Under the pieces are notes generated by a model. The model had not been told where the DNA came from, searched no databases, and was given only the letters and a program-made list of their open reading frames with translations. DNA of 64,000 nt, from positions 677,562 to 741,561 of the forward strand of contig NW_002060946.1 of the NCBI RefSeq assembly GCF_000150275.1. The letters are read 5' to 3'. The translations under genes were made by a program, and so were the position numbers. Shown here one piece after another: positions 15,269 through 34,549 of the stretch (its first letter is position 1; every line of letters starts with the position of its first letter). The DNA is from Trichoplax adhaerens (taxonomy: Eukaryota; Animalia; Placozoa).

Positions 15269-17367
15269 GTTGAAAAATTCGAGACTGTTTCAAGATAATA
15301 TTGTCTTATTTGTCGTCGCTTGAGTTAAATTTGTTTTTCTAGATTAAAATATTTTCATTTGAGCAAATAGGATAAAATATCAGTAGTAATAAGTAGATGC
15401 AATAACTATTCTATATTCATAATTCCAGTCAGCCACGAAGTAAAATGATTCGTACATATAGTATGGTTTCCGCAATTCTATTCAATACTTCACCTAGTTT
15501 GGCTTCTATTGAAAGACTCTTCTCGACTGTAACTATAATCTACTTACAATTTTAGATCGTCAATATTCCATCTGGGTTGGTAGTTATGCAAAGCATTCTA
15601 TTGTATTGACAGTCTTCTGTTAATACTCCAAGATCAATTTAGAAGATGCCACGTAATATATTTAATGATAATCAATCTGGATGAACCATTTAATTTCTTT
15701 GATCCTAAAGACATCTGTTGCCATCTGAAGAAAAAATTAATAATTCCGGTTACTGTGTTGATCGTTAGGATTAACAATATGTATAGCTTCTGTGCTATAA
15801 TAAGAGGATACCAATCCTGTATACTTTTATTTGACAGAAATTAAATCAATGTAGCGTTTGCTCTACACTTTAGTCTATATTTGGTTCATAATATGAGAGT
15901 ATGGTATTATAATATAGTGAATAATTATAATAGAACTAGTATAACAATCAAAGCGGCATTTTATCTCCATTTTATTAATATCTCACGTATACAATTACGT
16001 TCTATAATATGCAAAAGGATAACAATGTCAATACACTATACTATTACATGAGTATAATCAAAGCCGGAGTAATATTTATTCTAGATTTTGGTCTGTATTT
16101 AGTATAAAATTTTGGTAGAATAGTACGAATGTAGCATATCAATATAAGCTATAATAGGCTATTTTTACTCGAATAAATCAAAGTTGTTAAAATTCTCTCT
16201 CGATTAGTTCATATTCAGCTTTTTATATGATTCTAAACTATAATAAATAAAAGATAAATTTATTACTATTTGATATTGATTGAAGGTGGCTGAAAGTACC
16301 CCGGGATTCTTTTCTTAACCCTATAAATATACAGTTTATAATTTTAGCGTGTATAATCGGGGAATAGCAACACCAATACTATATTCTCTTGCTTGAATTA
16401 GACTAACTAAAATTTTTTTATAATTTCTTTTACATTTTACGTAGATAATCACACTATAACAAAGGAATGAGTTATTTACATTACAATATCGATAATAAAC
16501 TCTCGCATGGTGTTACTAGTATAGAATTAAAGCACTTAAATATTTTGTCATTTCGTTTATACAGTTTCTATAATAATCCTAAGTTTTCTTCACCATTTTG
16601 TTTACGTATAGTTCACTTTGTACCGTGTATATTGAAAGATGGCCATCTCAGTAATTGTAATCATACTTGCATAAGATCAAACATGAATTGCTAGAAGCAC
16701 CGAGCATTTCTAGTAGACCACACTGTATGTATGTAAGATCAAAAATTTTCCTTATTTTAGCCCTTTACAGCTACGCAGGTATATGATTTTGAACTATCGT
16801 AAAACAATGATAGGACCGTTATTGAATAATCCCCAGTGGCCTCTCAAGTAAGTTTATACTTCTGTAATTGCAATCTAGTATTAAGAGAGAACTATGGGAA
16901 TATTACAGTCTATACCGTGGCTTAAGTATAATATAAGGTTAGCTCAAATTGTTCTCGATTTTTGTCCATATTTATTTAGTTTGTAATTTTAAAACTGCGA
17001 TAGTGAAATAACGTCATCGACTAAAATAGTCTACCATATTACATACATTTCCAGCAGTCTATCATTGCAATGTTAATGTACATAATTATTCGTGTATACA
17101 GTTTTACTGCATCGATTAGCTCAAACTTTTTCTCATTCTTGATCACGTACGGCTAATTTTAATTTTATTTCCATGTTCTAATCAGGATTTACAAAACAAA
17201 TACGACAATCTCATATATATTTATGTATGGTGTACAATCTCGTCAGCGTGTTTCGTACAATAACATATATTTGACTGGCTTGAATGGGTTATCCTACTGT
17301 AAAGTAATGGAGTTCCCCACAAACAAAAAACAAACCACGTAATACGCTTGCTCGATGAGTTCGCGTT

Positions 17368-17381
17368 ATTTCCATGGCAAC
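17368..17381. promoter_or_regulatory. RFX X-box-like element upstream of the SPA17-like gene
   Basis: ATTTCC-AT-GGCAAC, one mismatch to the X-box consensus GTHNYY-AT-RRNAAC. It is followed by splice donors (~17507, ~17721) consistent with non-coding 5' exons. Confidence 0.5.
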
Positions 17382-18654
17382 GGCTGTTTTCATATGTTAC
17401 TACAGCTTACAATGATATATAATCAAATAGTATGAGTTAATTGATCATTCTAGACTCAAATAACAAGGAATTCTATGAGATTTCAAGGCCACACAATAGT
17501 AAAGTTGTAAGTAAGTATAAATTTATATATTAGTCAAGCATTTCCATAGTCACGGAAAGAAATCTTAGCTCCAAGAAGGCTTGACTTGTATAGCGTGATA
17601 TTGTATTAGATATAAGCAATTACTGATATTTATATTAGCAGATTAATACCATTAAATCTAGAACAAATTGGTTAGAAGTTCATCATCTGCTACTCCAAAG
17701 ACTACAAGTTTAACAAATAGGTAAATATTCTAGATAATTGGCGATTCATTAAATTTCTGTAAAATCTTTGCTAGTTTATTGCTTGATGGACCGTTCCCTA
17801 GTGTTTTCTTGAAATGAGTATTAAACTATCTGGAACTTATACCTAAATGCCGTTTTCTGGGATTAAAAATTACCGATATCAGCACTTGTTTGCAAAATTA
17901 ATAGAAGATTAATAATCTGCTTATAAGAAAGACTCGCATTAGTTGACCGATAGCTAAATGGACTTTAAACAACCTGAATTTCATTAAAGTTATAAGAATC
18001 ATTTCTAGCTCATTGTTAATATACCGTTCGCTAGTATCTTCTCGGTATGCATACAATTAATTAAAACTAGCACGTAGATAATTTTTTTCCTTTAACTGAA
18101 ATTACCAGTATCTATTGGTTATTGGTTAATAAATGTTTGATTTTTTGCTCTTATATGCTGATGTCATAAACTATAAGTATTATCTAAACTACAGTATATT
18201 AGCGATGAATACCATTATCTTCATCGATAAAATAATTTCAACTAGTAGAATTAACACAGTCTATAGTATGGACATCAATTTGTAACCAACACATACAGTA
18301 CTCGTTGCAATCGTAATAAATACATAATTGCGCTATGAATGTACTTGGATAGTCTGTCTGCACAAAAAGCACTATAGAACACTGCTATCTATCTGTTTAA
18401 ATTGTGTGATTGAATACAAATTGTGCTACTGTTGACTAACATGTACGATTGGATATGAATTAAGCAAGATTGTTATGTTTAAGAACTGTGTTAAATTACG
18501 ATATAAAAAGTTTGCATTGAATTGATTTCATTATCAACATGAGCGACACCAGAAATAGAATATAGCCACAATGCTAACTGAGATAGAGATGCTATTTTAA
18601 ACTAATTTAATCACAACATCTTCTATAAAATAACTATTACAGATAGCTATCAGG

Positions 18655-20135
18655 ATGTCGGTCTCCTATGCACCCGTTAACTTACGTTTGCCTCCTGGAT
18701 TTCAAAATCTATTGGAAGGCTTAGCACGTGAAGTTTTAAGATCTCAACCGGAAGATTTATATAGCTTTGCTGCGGGCTATTTCAGAGATAGATTGACCTA
18801 TAGAGAAGGTAATACACCAAATTCTTGAAATCATAGCATTGCTAAAACCTTAGCGTAATTGCAAATGTATACTTCACTATGTCAGATACCGGAATTGATG
18901 ACGCCAAAATTGGTGCGGAGATGGAAAAACGCATTAAAGGAGATGGCGCTATACCTATAAATTACGATGATCCAAAGGTGGAAAATGCGGTTATAACTAT
19001 CCAATCAGGCTTTCGAGGCTATAAAGATCGTAAATTAGTGGCAGAGATGAAATCGGAGAAACCTCAAGCTGATGGAGAGACACAAGAAGGTGAAAATCAG
19101 ACCGAGACGGTAGAGGAAACAGCTACAGATGAAAAACAAGACGATGCAGAGAAAGATAATACGGAAAATCAAGAAATCTTAGACATTGATATGGATGATC
19201 CCGAGTTAAACAAAGCTGCAATCAAAATTCAAGCCAGCTTCCGAGGTCATGCTTCAAGGAAAGATATGCAAAAAAGTAAGGATAGCGGTGATGACGAAGA
19301 GGCAAAAGTTGAAGATAAGGCTGAAGAAGCACAGACCAATGACATAGATTTCGATGGAGCTGCTATTAAGATACAATCTACTTACAGGGGCTATCGGGTT
19401 CGAAGGACCCTAAGGCGATCAAATAGCGCTCCTTTAATTGATCCACGTGAACAATATCGTCATCAAGCCGCTGTCAAAATCCAATCGACGTACAGAGGTC
19501 ATCGTACAAGGCAGCAATTTCGATCTTCATCAGCAGGAAAAAGGTTCTTATCAAGGAAATCATTTGATGCGAATGAATATACCGCAATAAGTCAAAGCCA
19601 TGAGTTTGCTACCAAAGATGCAACTGACGCCGCATTAACAGCTACAGAAGATACTCAACCTACGGAAGAAGTTGCAGAAGAAAATGCAACCATAATCGAT
19701 ACGACAGTCGGAGAAGAGAGTACAGAGGTAGCTGATGATGGAAATAAAGTTACGGATCCAATAGCTACCACGGATAATGCAGAAAATCAATTAGAAGGGG
19801 AATCGCAAGCGAAAGCAGAAAATCAAGCCGAAGGGGAATCGCAAATAGAAGAAAATCAGCCAGAAGGGGAATCGCAAGCAGAAGCAGAAAATCAGCCAGA
19901 AGGGGAATCGCAAGCAGAAGCAGAAAATCAGCCAGAAGGGGATGCGCAAGCAGAAGCAGAAGCAGAATCACAAGCAGATCTAAAACCCGAAGAAAGTAAA
20001 GAAGAAGATATTGATATCGATTTAAATGATCCCGAAGTCAGTAAAGCTGCTATTAAAATACAAGCTACGTTTCGAGGCCATGCTGCCCGAAAGAATCAAC
20101 AGTCTTCACGAACAGACGAAGAAAACAATGAATAA
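18655..20135 (+). CDS. SPA17: SPA17-like protein: RIIa dimerisation/docking domain + five IQ calmodulin-binding motifs + acidic repeats
   Basis: Exon 18655-18808 (MSVSYAPVNLRLPPGFQNLLEGLAREVLRSQPEDLYSFAAGYF, Sp17-type RIIa) splices in phase 1 to 18886-20135. IQ motifs: IQSGFRG, IQASFRG, IQSTYRG (x2), IQATFRG. Confidence 0.8.
19782..19977 (+). repeat. Coding tandem repeat, ~36-bp unit (ENQPEGESQAEA), ~5 copies
   Basis: Repeated gaaaatcagccagaaggggaatcgcaagcagaagca inside the SPA17-like exon. Confidence 0.9.
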
Positions 20136-21643
20136 GTAAAATGTGATGCAGCTACACATTCAATTAATACCTTTTTCTCACTGCAGTCCTTAGTAAAATC
20201 ACAATTAAGCATAAAATGTCTTTAACAGCAATTAAGTGTTACTTAAACATAAAGAAAAGATAATATAGACATGATCTAACTACGATCAATCAATTCAATG
20301 TATCAACAATTTTAAACTAATCATCTATTAAATTAACAACTCTTCCATGGACATTACCTTTACATTAGTACCTGAACAATTGTATTATTTTTATCTACTT
20401 AATGTACTGTAAACAGGATAGATTAAGCAATTATTCGTTAGCAAACCAATTTCTCCAAAGCTAACTTTTATTATTGGTTGTATAATATTAAATAGATAGT
20501 AAATTGAAATAAAATAAAAAACAGGCTTCAAAGTAACGTACTAAACGGCGAGAATAATTTTTATGAGATCTAAATTTAAGATATTAGAGGAACAGAAGAA
20601 TTTTTGGGTTGTAAGTCTTGATTATATTGAGTCCTACGTGCATCTATCCTCTCCATCATTTATAACATTAATCATCTCGTATACGAGTACATTACTGCCT
20701 AAATAATTTAAACGATCTCTCTGCTTGCAGAAACTTGAGAAGGTAATAATTCCAGCTGTATAAGATTGTATTTTTCGATAAATTTAATCATAAAAAACGT
20801 AACAATAGGGCCAGTGCTTCCATGTTGTAAGATTCGATATATTTTAGATATTGGTTAGCATGTTATAAATCCGTCGTAGAATTTATTTAGCTCCTTTTGT
20901 AGCTATCAGTCTTTCAGTAACGGAGATCTTTTAAATTCTTTAGATTGGAAGCTGTCCCTATCCACTACGTAACCACTTCACTTTATATCTATATACATGT
21001 CTATTATTTCATTTTACTGAATAAAATTTAAGAAATAAAGACCAAATCCGTTAAAAGGGCTCTGTCTTAAAATTTAATCGAAATTAAATTATAATTAATT
21101 AACTCAACTATCGTACAATCATAAATATCTCCCTTAGCCATACAGGTAAGATATTACTGGTTTAATGATAAATTTCCATTTAATCTTTATTCTCATCTAT
21201 TAAATGAAAATAGATCAGCAGAATAACAATCAATATTTTTAAAACATCCAAATTTGATTAAAAAAAGGCTAACAATGAAATAATACAGTCACATTTGGTG
21301 ATACTTTTGATTAATAGATAGAATATTAGGAAAGATTATGTATGACTATTTGTATGGCATAATAACATTGTAGTTAAAACATCAATATCTTTACAACCAT
21401 GTTGATTTTTAGTTTATTCGAAATTATACTGTAGTTCCTTCAAGCAACAAAATAAGATATCTTACACTTGAATTTTAGCTATACTATTACCATACTAACC
21501 AATGTACAAGATAGCATAATTGAATTACCAATGGTAATTATCAAATGCCAATTTGGTAGTGTAAAATATACACGCACCATCATCGATTTAAGTTTATAGA
21601 TGGTAAACTAGTCGTAATAGATTATAGTACGTATTATCATTTT

Positions 21644-26645
<5,002 letters not shown>

Positions 26646-26680
26646 TTCGCCTTGGAGATTACTGAGATTCTGTCCAGAAT

Positions 26681-26694
26681 GTATCTATGGTAAC
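26681..26694. promoter_or_regulatory. RFX X-box upstream of CFAP91
   Basis: GTATCT-AT-GGTAAC matches GTHNYY-AT-RRNAAC, 36 bp from the ATG at 26645. Confidence 0.75.
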
Positions 26695-28885
26695 GTCATT
26701 CTTGTTGATAACTGGGTACGTACCGTACAGTATTGTATTTGTCTCAGACGTCCCTGACAGTGGACTATTACTCAAAAAGTGCCTTGTGTAGTACAGTACA
26801 TTACACTTAACATTACAGTACTGTGTACTGTAATGTTAAGACCCACTTCTTAGTCCTACAGTACAGTACAGTATGTTACGGTGGCCCAAGGGGACGGCGT
26901 TATGCAGAGATTATGCATCTTCCCCAATTCAGAACACCTGCCGGAGATTTTCAATCTTCTCACGTACGATGTAGTTATAGAGTAAGTGCACTGCACTTAG
27001 CTATTAGTGTTACTTGTATCACAATCAACTGCTATGGAAGATAGTCAGCGAGCGAATACTATATCACATTATCTCCTTATAGTAATCGTAACTAAATTTT
27101 TCTTAATACTATTGATCTTTTTAATTAATTACTACTCAAACAGTATTTCAAATTTTCAAATATGTGATGCTAGATCAGTTTCCATGAAAATGTCTTTCAA
27201 GTTACTTAGTTCAACTTAGGCTATGTTAGGAACATTTATTTTGAAGATTTAATGCGTCAATAATTGTGAAATTCCTTAGTATAGTGTTTGCTAAACCATG
27301 GACGCATGCTACTACTCAATGTACATGATCGCAATATGAAATAAAAGCATATCATACTATGGAAGCCGTTCTACAGAAGCGCCCAGCCTATCTAAAATAA
27401 GAGTTTATTTGAAATACTCTCCTTTTAGGGTCTCTACTCTCTCTAGGCCAGTATGACTATTTCTCTCTTTTTACTGCAGTCAGCGATGGCTACTTCTACT
27501 GTACTGTTCAGCACAGTTAGCTAATATAGTATACGTCCACTCTATACGGCCGTTCATTTGCAGTTCCACAGCCTGAACCACAGGCATAACAGGCCTGCGC
27601 ATTTTCCCGATTTTGCTGCGCACAAAAATTATTCTTGTCCGCTACTATACAAAGATATACTCGTATTTCGAATACTGTATGTAGTATTCATCTTTAGTTT
27701 TAGATTAGACTATAAATTTTGTGTACCAACAGTTGCTAAATCGTTCTAAACCGATTATCAGCAGTAGTAAACGTGACGATTGTATAATGTACAGTCAAAA
27801 TTCGGAAAAAAAGTTCATGCAAGCTGCGCGCTACTCTGCCCAAGTCTGAAGCCGACGATGCATTCACATTTAATTATACTGTACGTATACACACAGTATA
27901 CAATATACGTACAGTACTATATTACTAGACTTGATCAACAGAAATGGGAAAGTCCCTGATTTGATTTATAGTAATTATAAGATTTTATCTGAAAGTTGGC
28001 GTAACTTTAATTTTTCAATTATAAATAAAAAATTTATCTGCATCTGTTTTAAATTTTTCTCTAGATGGATTAGATAAGACATTTAGGGGCAATACATTTA
28101 TCTACTATATAGAACACTGTAATACTGTTCTACAATTTAATTTATTTATTACTTTTGCATAATAATATTGTCTAATACTGCGCAGTGAATACGACAGTAT
28201 CTCCTTTAATTTCATTTCTCATTAGATTCGAATGTGAGGGCACTACCTCTATCCCTGTAAATAACCAAGTTTTTAACACATACAGTACAGTACTTTACAT
28301 CAGGTATTGAAGTTGCATGATATAATTGGGCTGTCTGGCCAAAGTTGTCAACAAAACACAACTGTGTGAAAAACTACACTGCAAAACTGACAAGATTTGG
28401 TTGACGATTTCTACAATCTGTATTACTGTAGTTCTATAGTTCTAACTGACTTTTAAATACTGAATGATTGGTTAATTATCGCCCTTCTTTTATTACTTGT
28501 AAAGCCGTCAAGTCCTGCTATTCATTACGTGCTGTACATTAACGGTTCGTGAGTATTTTCTGGATTTTAAATACGCGTATTCCTCTAGCTTAAGTTATAG
28601 TTGCATGTCGATCCTTAAGCTGCTAGCGATTATTAATTTTAATAATTTCACTACTTTAATTTCTATGTAAAAGGTAAAAGGAAGTCTGCAAGTTATTTAA
28701 ATTCCTTATTCTTTTGTAACAAATATAGCAGTACAGCTGTAATAACATAAAACCATAAATCAATCGCTGTACACAGATTGCGATCTAACCGATGTACTGT
28801 ATGTTTTAACTATGTAAATTTATCTCTGGGTGCGCAAAGATTTTCAGGAATACAGTGTTGTTATTTGTCGTATTTCTCTGTAAAA

Positions 28886-30982
28886 ATGGATCGACTATCA
28901 AAAATTCAATGCGGTACTCAACAAGTGAACATTAGCAATGAATTAATTAATATCCTGATGGCTTCATCTGACGATATCATGTATCCTAGTCAATTCATTG
29001 CCATTAGCAAAGAACGTTGGCAACAGAATGATCAACAATTTGGGCCAGATCTTATAACTCCAATCATTTCTCTGTTCGAGTTATTGGCACATTTGAAAGG
29101 CAGAGACATGTCAGCTATGCAAAAATTTTTACGCAGTTATTCTGCTATTTTGTGCTGGAGACATGAAGTATTAAAAGTGAATACAAAATCGATGGAAAAA
29201 GCAAAGTACAACGACAGTGATACAATAATGGAGGCTACGCTAGAAGAAAATCGACGTTGTGTTCGAAGTGAAGAAAATATGATAGCATTGCTTGCTGATG
29301 AATTATGCCTGGAAACTAGTCATATCTTTAAACGAATGTGTATATCAGAATTGAAAGTGAAATTTTCTATACTAAGATCTACAAAGCACTTATACAAATT
29401 AAACAAAAATCATTCTATGGCCATGACCGAACATTACGACAATACATTCAAGCCACTGTCTTATTATTATTGGCAGGAAGATGTTGATAATACCTGGAAT
29501 TCACTGGATGATGATAAGACATTGGAAAATCATCAATTTGAGAATGACAATCTGCAATCGATATTTAATGGTAGTTTATGCAATAGTGATCAGAATATTT
29601 CATGTAGCCTAATTGGCAATGCACCATGCAATAAAAGCTCAGTAGAAATAGATTCTATAATCACACAGCAGAGTAAAAATTGTAGACATGACGATGATTA
29701 CCAAATTTCTCCCGCTGCAGAATATGATTTCAATAATTTATGTCAAACAATGCAAGGACATAATATCGCTATATCGTCATTTTACAAAGAAATTGCAAAT
29801 AAGGATAAAACTCTCATCGACAGCAAGATCCAACAGGCTCAACCACTATCTACTGATCAAATCGATCGAAAAGTTGACGTCAAAGACGATGAAACTTCGA
29901 CAGCGCAGAAAGATGATTGCGATGTTCAAGCAAATGTAGGTGCAATAATAATTTAGTACATGTGCTGTAGTGGTTATAATTCAATGCTTGTATGGTTTAT
30001 ACGAAGTAGCTTATAGCCGAAGTCTGAAGATGTAGCGTTCCCTTTATTGAAGAGAATTTTAAATTAGCTAAAATTTGTGAAGGAGTAATAACTTGGAGGT
30101 TGTAACTTCATCCTAGTAGTAGACCTCCTGTAAATAGTAGTGTTTAAACTTAAATTGATAGCCATTTTATTTGCTATTATTATCTTTTGTAAAGCATTAC
30201 AGTGAGAGTTAGTGTGCACTACACAGAAGTACTACGTCTATGCTAGCAATTGCATATCTCACAAAATTGATTTATTAAAGTATTTCAGCATGTAAATTTC
30301 ATTACTGTATAATTGCATTATCCTTTAGAGCAGTAGATCGAAAATGCACTTTTAATAAATTTCTCTACGACTTATTGTAACATTCCTTATTTTTGAATCA
30401 GTCATGGAAAGAAAAGCAAGTTTTAAAGGTTTATTTGGAGAATTTATGTCGTTTATCGCATGAATCGCACTTGAGTATCGTTGCAACACCTGATGGCTGT
30501 AGCGGAATCGTTTCATATTGTCCCCAATCCAGTTATGGCTGGCCGAAAATTTTTCGTTATTTATTATATCGAGAAATCTGGATGGTTTGCAGTTTGAGTG
30601 AGCAAGCATTAATCATGTATAAAGGTGTGATAGTCAATATAGTAACGTAATTATGGGAAATGCGTTATTTTGACATAAACCAATCTAACTGTTAAGTCTC
30701 TCAAACTTTTCTAATACTTCAGATATGACCAAGAACGAATTTGTATGGAGACTCCCTTTTCGATTTATCGCTAATGTTGCTTTAGCTAAAAGACATCGAA
30801 ATAGAAAGTCATTTTTCATTCAGCATCTGCACTATAAAATTACACTCAAGACAAAGAATAAAAATTGCGCTGCACTGTGGGTGTACATTATTACTTGGTC
30901 AATGAATCAAACCAGTCCGTCGTGGCTTCCGTCATCAACTGACGCAGATATGCATGAAATACGTACAATACATTGCAAATAG
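28886..30982 (+). CDS. Uncharacterised protein: N-terminal helical region, acidic linker, C-terminal PH-like domain (3 exons)
   Basis: Exons 28886-29935, 30402-~30625 and 30724-30982 join in frame with GT-AG sites. The C-terminus (EIWMVCSLSEQALIMYKD...FVWRLPF...SFFIQHLHYKITLKTKNKNCAALWVYII) has the PH strand pattern and the terminal-helix Trp. Confidence 0.6.
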
Positions 30983-31649
30983 GCGAATAGAAGATCAATT
31001 GTGTCATTAAGATCCCTTTTAGTAAGTACAGTGTATAGTCATAACTTAGTTTTTTAATGAACTAGATTAGCGTGTTTCTCATTCCACTCTTGTTGTACTG
31101 TATATTCCAATAGTTGATTACCGTTACTTGGTCTATTCTATGATTTGTATCATTAATTAAGTTTGTATCAAGCCATGACACTGTTTGTGTGTAATACCCA
31201 TACATAGACTGCTCACCGGCTTGTGGCATTATTCAATTGAGTAAATCAGTGTGTATTTGTAGTCAGGCTTATTTATACAATTTATCTATCTCAGATCTAG
31301 ATACAATACTATTTGTAGCCTGCATTCTGCTAAAACTATCAACTACTGTAAAGTTATCGTATAAGAAAGGATGGTATTTCTTAAAGTAATACAAAAGGCA
31401 GGCTTACTGTAACAAAAAATGCTGTCCGGTGATACTCGATAAGTAGCTTTCATGTATCAAAAAATTTCCACATTTGATTATAGAATAATAATTATTCGCA
31501 TTTATTATCCAAATTCTATTAAGTTAAATCATTTAATGTCGTAAAAACATTATCAAAGCTGTCATAATAATATCATGTTGATAATAGCTATGAGTAAATG
31601 AGTAAATATTCATTCTCTTTAGCTCTTTATATGTTTCTTTCGATGGTAG

Positions 31650-34549
31650 CTAAACAAATCCGTGCGATTTCAACTTTTCTACGAGTTCACTGACATCCTC
31701 AACCTTACTTCCGGCTTGACGTACGGGGGGATCTTCCACACTTAATGTTTCCGTTCGAGGCGAGATATCTACACCCAAATCCGCTGGAGTCTTTACATCT
31801 ATCTTTTTCTTTTTTGCTTTCTGAATAAATTATTTAAGAAGAGTATATTAGAATTTACGTAATTTTTATCGCATGGCGTATTCATTCAGAAGCTATTAAT
31901 TATTCGAGTGTACGAACCATGATATTTGGTAATGTGGCATAGCGAGGTTCATTTAATCTACCCATGAAAATATAATTCACCAACAATTAGTAAACGAAAT
32001 AATCATTATAGGTTATTAATGGCGGAACGTGCCTTTTTCGTCTCAGTAGCTTGCTACGGCATACAACTTTGTACTCATAAGGTAGATTAAAGTATGTTGT
32101 ATAGATTTTGTTGATTTCATTGCAGGGTAATACTGTATTCCAATAAGGAAATTTTGTAACAACTAAAATTGATGATATGCATTAAAGAGCTATGATCTAC
32201 CTCAAATCCGCGGATACTACAGCCGGCATGTTTACTTTTATCGTTTCTAATCCACCATCAACTTCACGAATGACTTTCATACTGTCGCCATCAACTGTAA
32301 TTTCTGAGGCAAAAGTTGCCTATTGTAAAAATAATACCATAATTAATTACAACTGTTCATTTCTATATAAACTTTCAAGACGGTTTTTATATACTGTAAA
32401 TTATGTACCTGAGGCCAATCCAGTAAAGCTGCAGTTAGCTGGCCGGTTTGGTTACAATCATCATCAATGGCCTATTCAATTGCATATAATCGCAATTATA
32501 GGTTAATCCACATAGAGGGTTACCAAAAAATTATAGAACGCAGTAACGGAATTTTGAAAGGCCGGTACTATATTTAAAAAACTTGTGCAATACGCGTAGA
32601 ATATTAAGATGACGAGTCGTTTACCTGCTTGCCAACAATGATCAAGCCTACGTCCTCATCTTTAGCTAATTTACTAAAGATTTTAGCAACACCTAATGGT
32701 TCCAACGTATGGCTTTCTGGTTCAGGCACTTCCACGTGAATTGCACGATCAGCTCCCATCGCTAGAGCTGTTCTCAACGTTTCCTACAGCATTACAGACA
32801 ATGCAATATTAGTTGCAAAAATCACATGGATTGTAGGATAAAAATTGTATGTATCTTATTTGGTCTACCTGACATTGCTTAGGTCCACAGCTGATTGCAA
32901 CAACCTCTGAGGCTACTTTTTTCTCTTTAAGTCGAACTGCCTATTGATATGAATACAATAAACAGTACATGAGTCATAGATCAATCTTTTAACTTTAGTA
33001 ATTATAAAATGTTTCTGTACAAACTTCTTCAATAGCAATTTCATCAAATGGGTTCATACTGTGCTTGACGCCATCCGTTACTACTCCAGTCTTATCAGGC
33101 TTTACACGCACCTTTTAAGAAAATGATACATACGAACATCGATCAATGCTGTTTCAAGAATTGTTGAAAGTAACTCCATACAGGTATAAAAAAATTAAAC
33201 TCAGAGGTTTGTAAATATGCAAGGAAAGATAAGTGCTCGTAATTGTAGGAGAGTTGTGCTACACGTTGTGTTATTAATAGGCATCATCTTAAAGATAAAG
33301 TATTGAACTACTTATACTGTATTATTAACATTAAGATGGATTTAGGTGAAAGTTGCAATACGAATAATTTGACTACAGTCAATACTTGTATTTTACAGGT
33401 CTTGATGGTATTCATTTCACCGAATCTACTTAACAATTCGACCTTAAATACTGTAGTTTAGAAGGGTTACTATAAAACGAAAGACTCGATTCTAGTGTTT
33501 TATTCCATTAATGAAAAGCTAAGATATTTCGATATTTCGTTACATTTATGGACTAATCGAATCGGTCAGTTCTATATTTTAGTAAGAATTAATCCTTGAA
33601 TTAAATTATGCCGAATAGTAAAAAAGTATTGTGTGACTAGACACTGATAGCCAAGTAAATAAACACTAAATTAATATACTCGTTAACATTGCGGCATTGA
33701 TGAAAGTACAAATATTATCGATGGAAGGATCAGAACGGTTTGTAATACGTTATTACTGCATTTTTTACACAAGTTTTGATGACCACAATCCTCAGTATTA
33801 ATTCATGGACTATTAGAAGAAAACTGGTTTTCTTCCAGTAGTCATGATTAATCCAACTCGATATACGGTTGATATCGCCCGTAGCATCGACGTTACGGCC
33901 AGTTTCCTATCAGGCTTATCAAGTCATGCCACGAAAGAAACTTACTCAAGAATGGAAACTCCACTAGCAAATGATTTTTTCAAATCAGAATATACAAGAT
34001 CATCTGCTCTATCATTTAAACTATCTGCTACCATTAGACTAAGATCAGCAGTGAGCTGATGTACATAGAACAAGGTTTAAAGTACAGTACAAAACGTCAA
34101 CTATCTTACTAACCCATTTTTCAGTAGCTAGTATACGAGTACTGTAGTATACAGTACAACTACTTCATCGAGCATCTACTCTATTACTAATATTTTATGA
34201 CTAAAGCTTTTCTAAATTTTATGAATGCATTTGTAAGGTTGGAAAGAAGAGAATTTAGCTATAGCCATTAGTCTGCATGTTAGATAGCTCGCAAGAGAAC
34301 AAAATGACCTTATTACTACAAGGATTTGGCACAACATTGTGTCCATTGAGGGTTGAGCAGTATGCAACTGCATTGTACTTGCATACTGTTGAACTCCCAT
34401 TTTGTAATGTAACCCTTGTCCAACTGGACTCATAGAACAGTAAAGGATATCTTCAATGGTTAAAAGATTGGATTAAAATTACAAATTGAACTTACTTTAA
34501 CGGCATAATCAATGACACGCTTGCAACCAACAAGAACTCTGAGAGCCAT
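31650..34549 (-). CDS. ETFB: Electron transfer flavoprotein beta subunit, multi-exon
   Basis: Exon blocks [18 protein letters not shown]; [29 protein letters not shown]; [17 protein letters not shown]; [11 protein letters not shown]; [10 protein letters not shown]; [13 protein letters not shown]; KAKKKKID. Stop at 31650. Confidence 0.97.

Noticed and set aside
19765-19971. Leu-rich minus-strand ORF resembling a membrane protein
   Set aside because: It is the antisense shadow of the 36-bp coding repeat in the SPA17-like exon.
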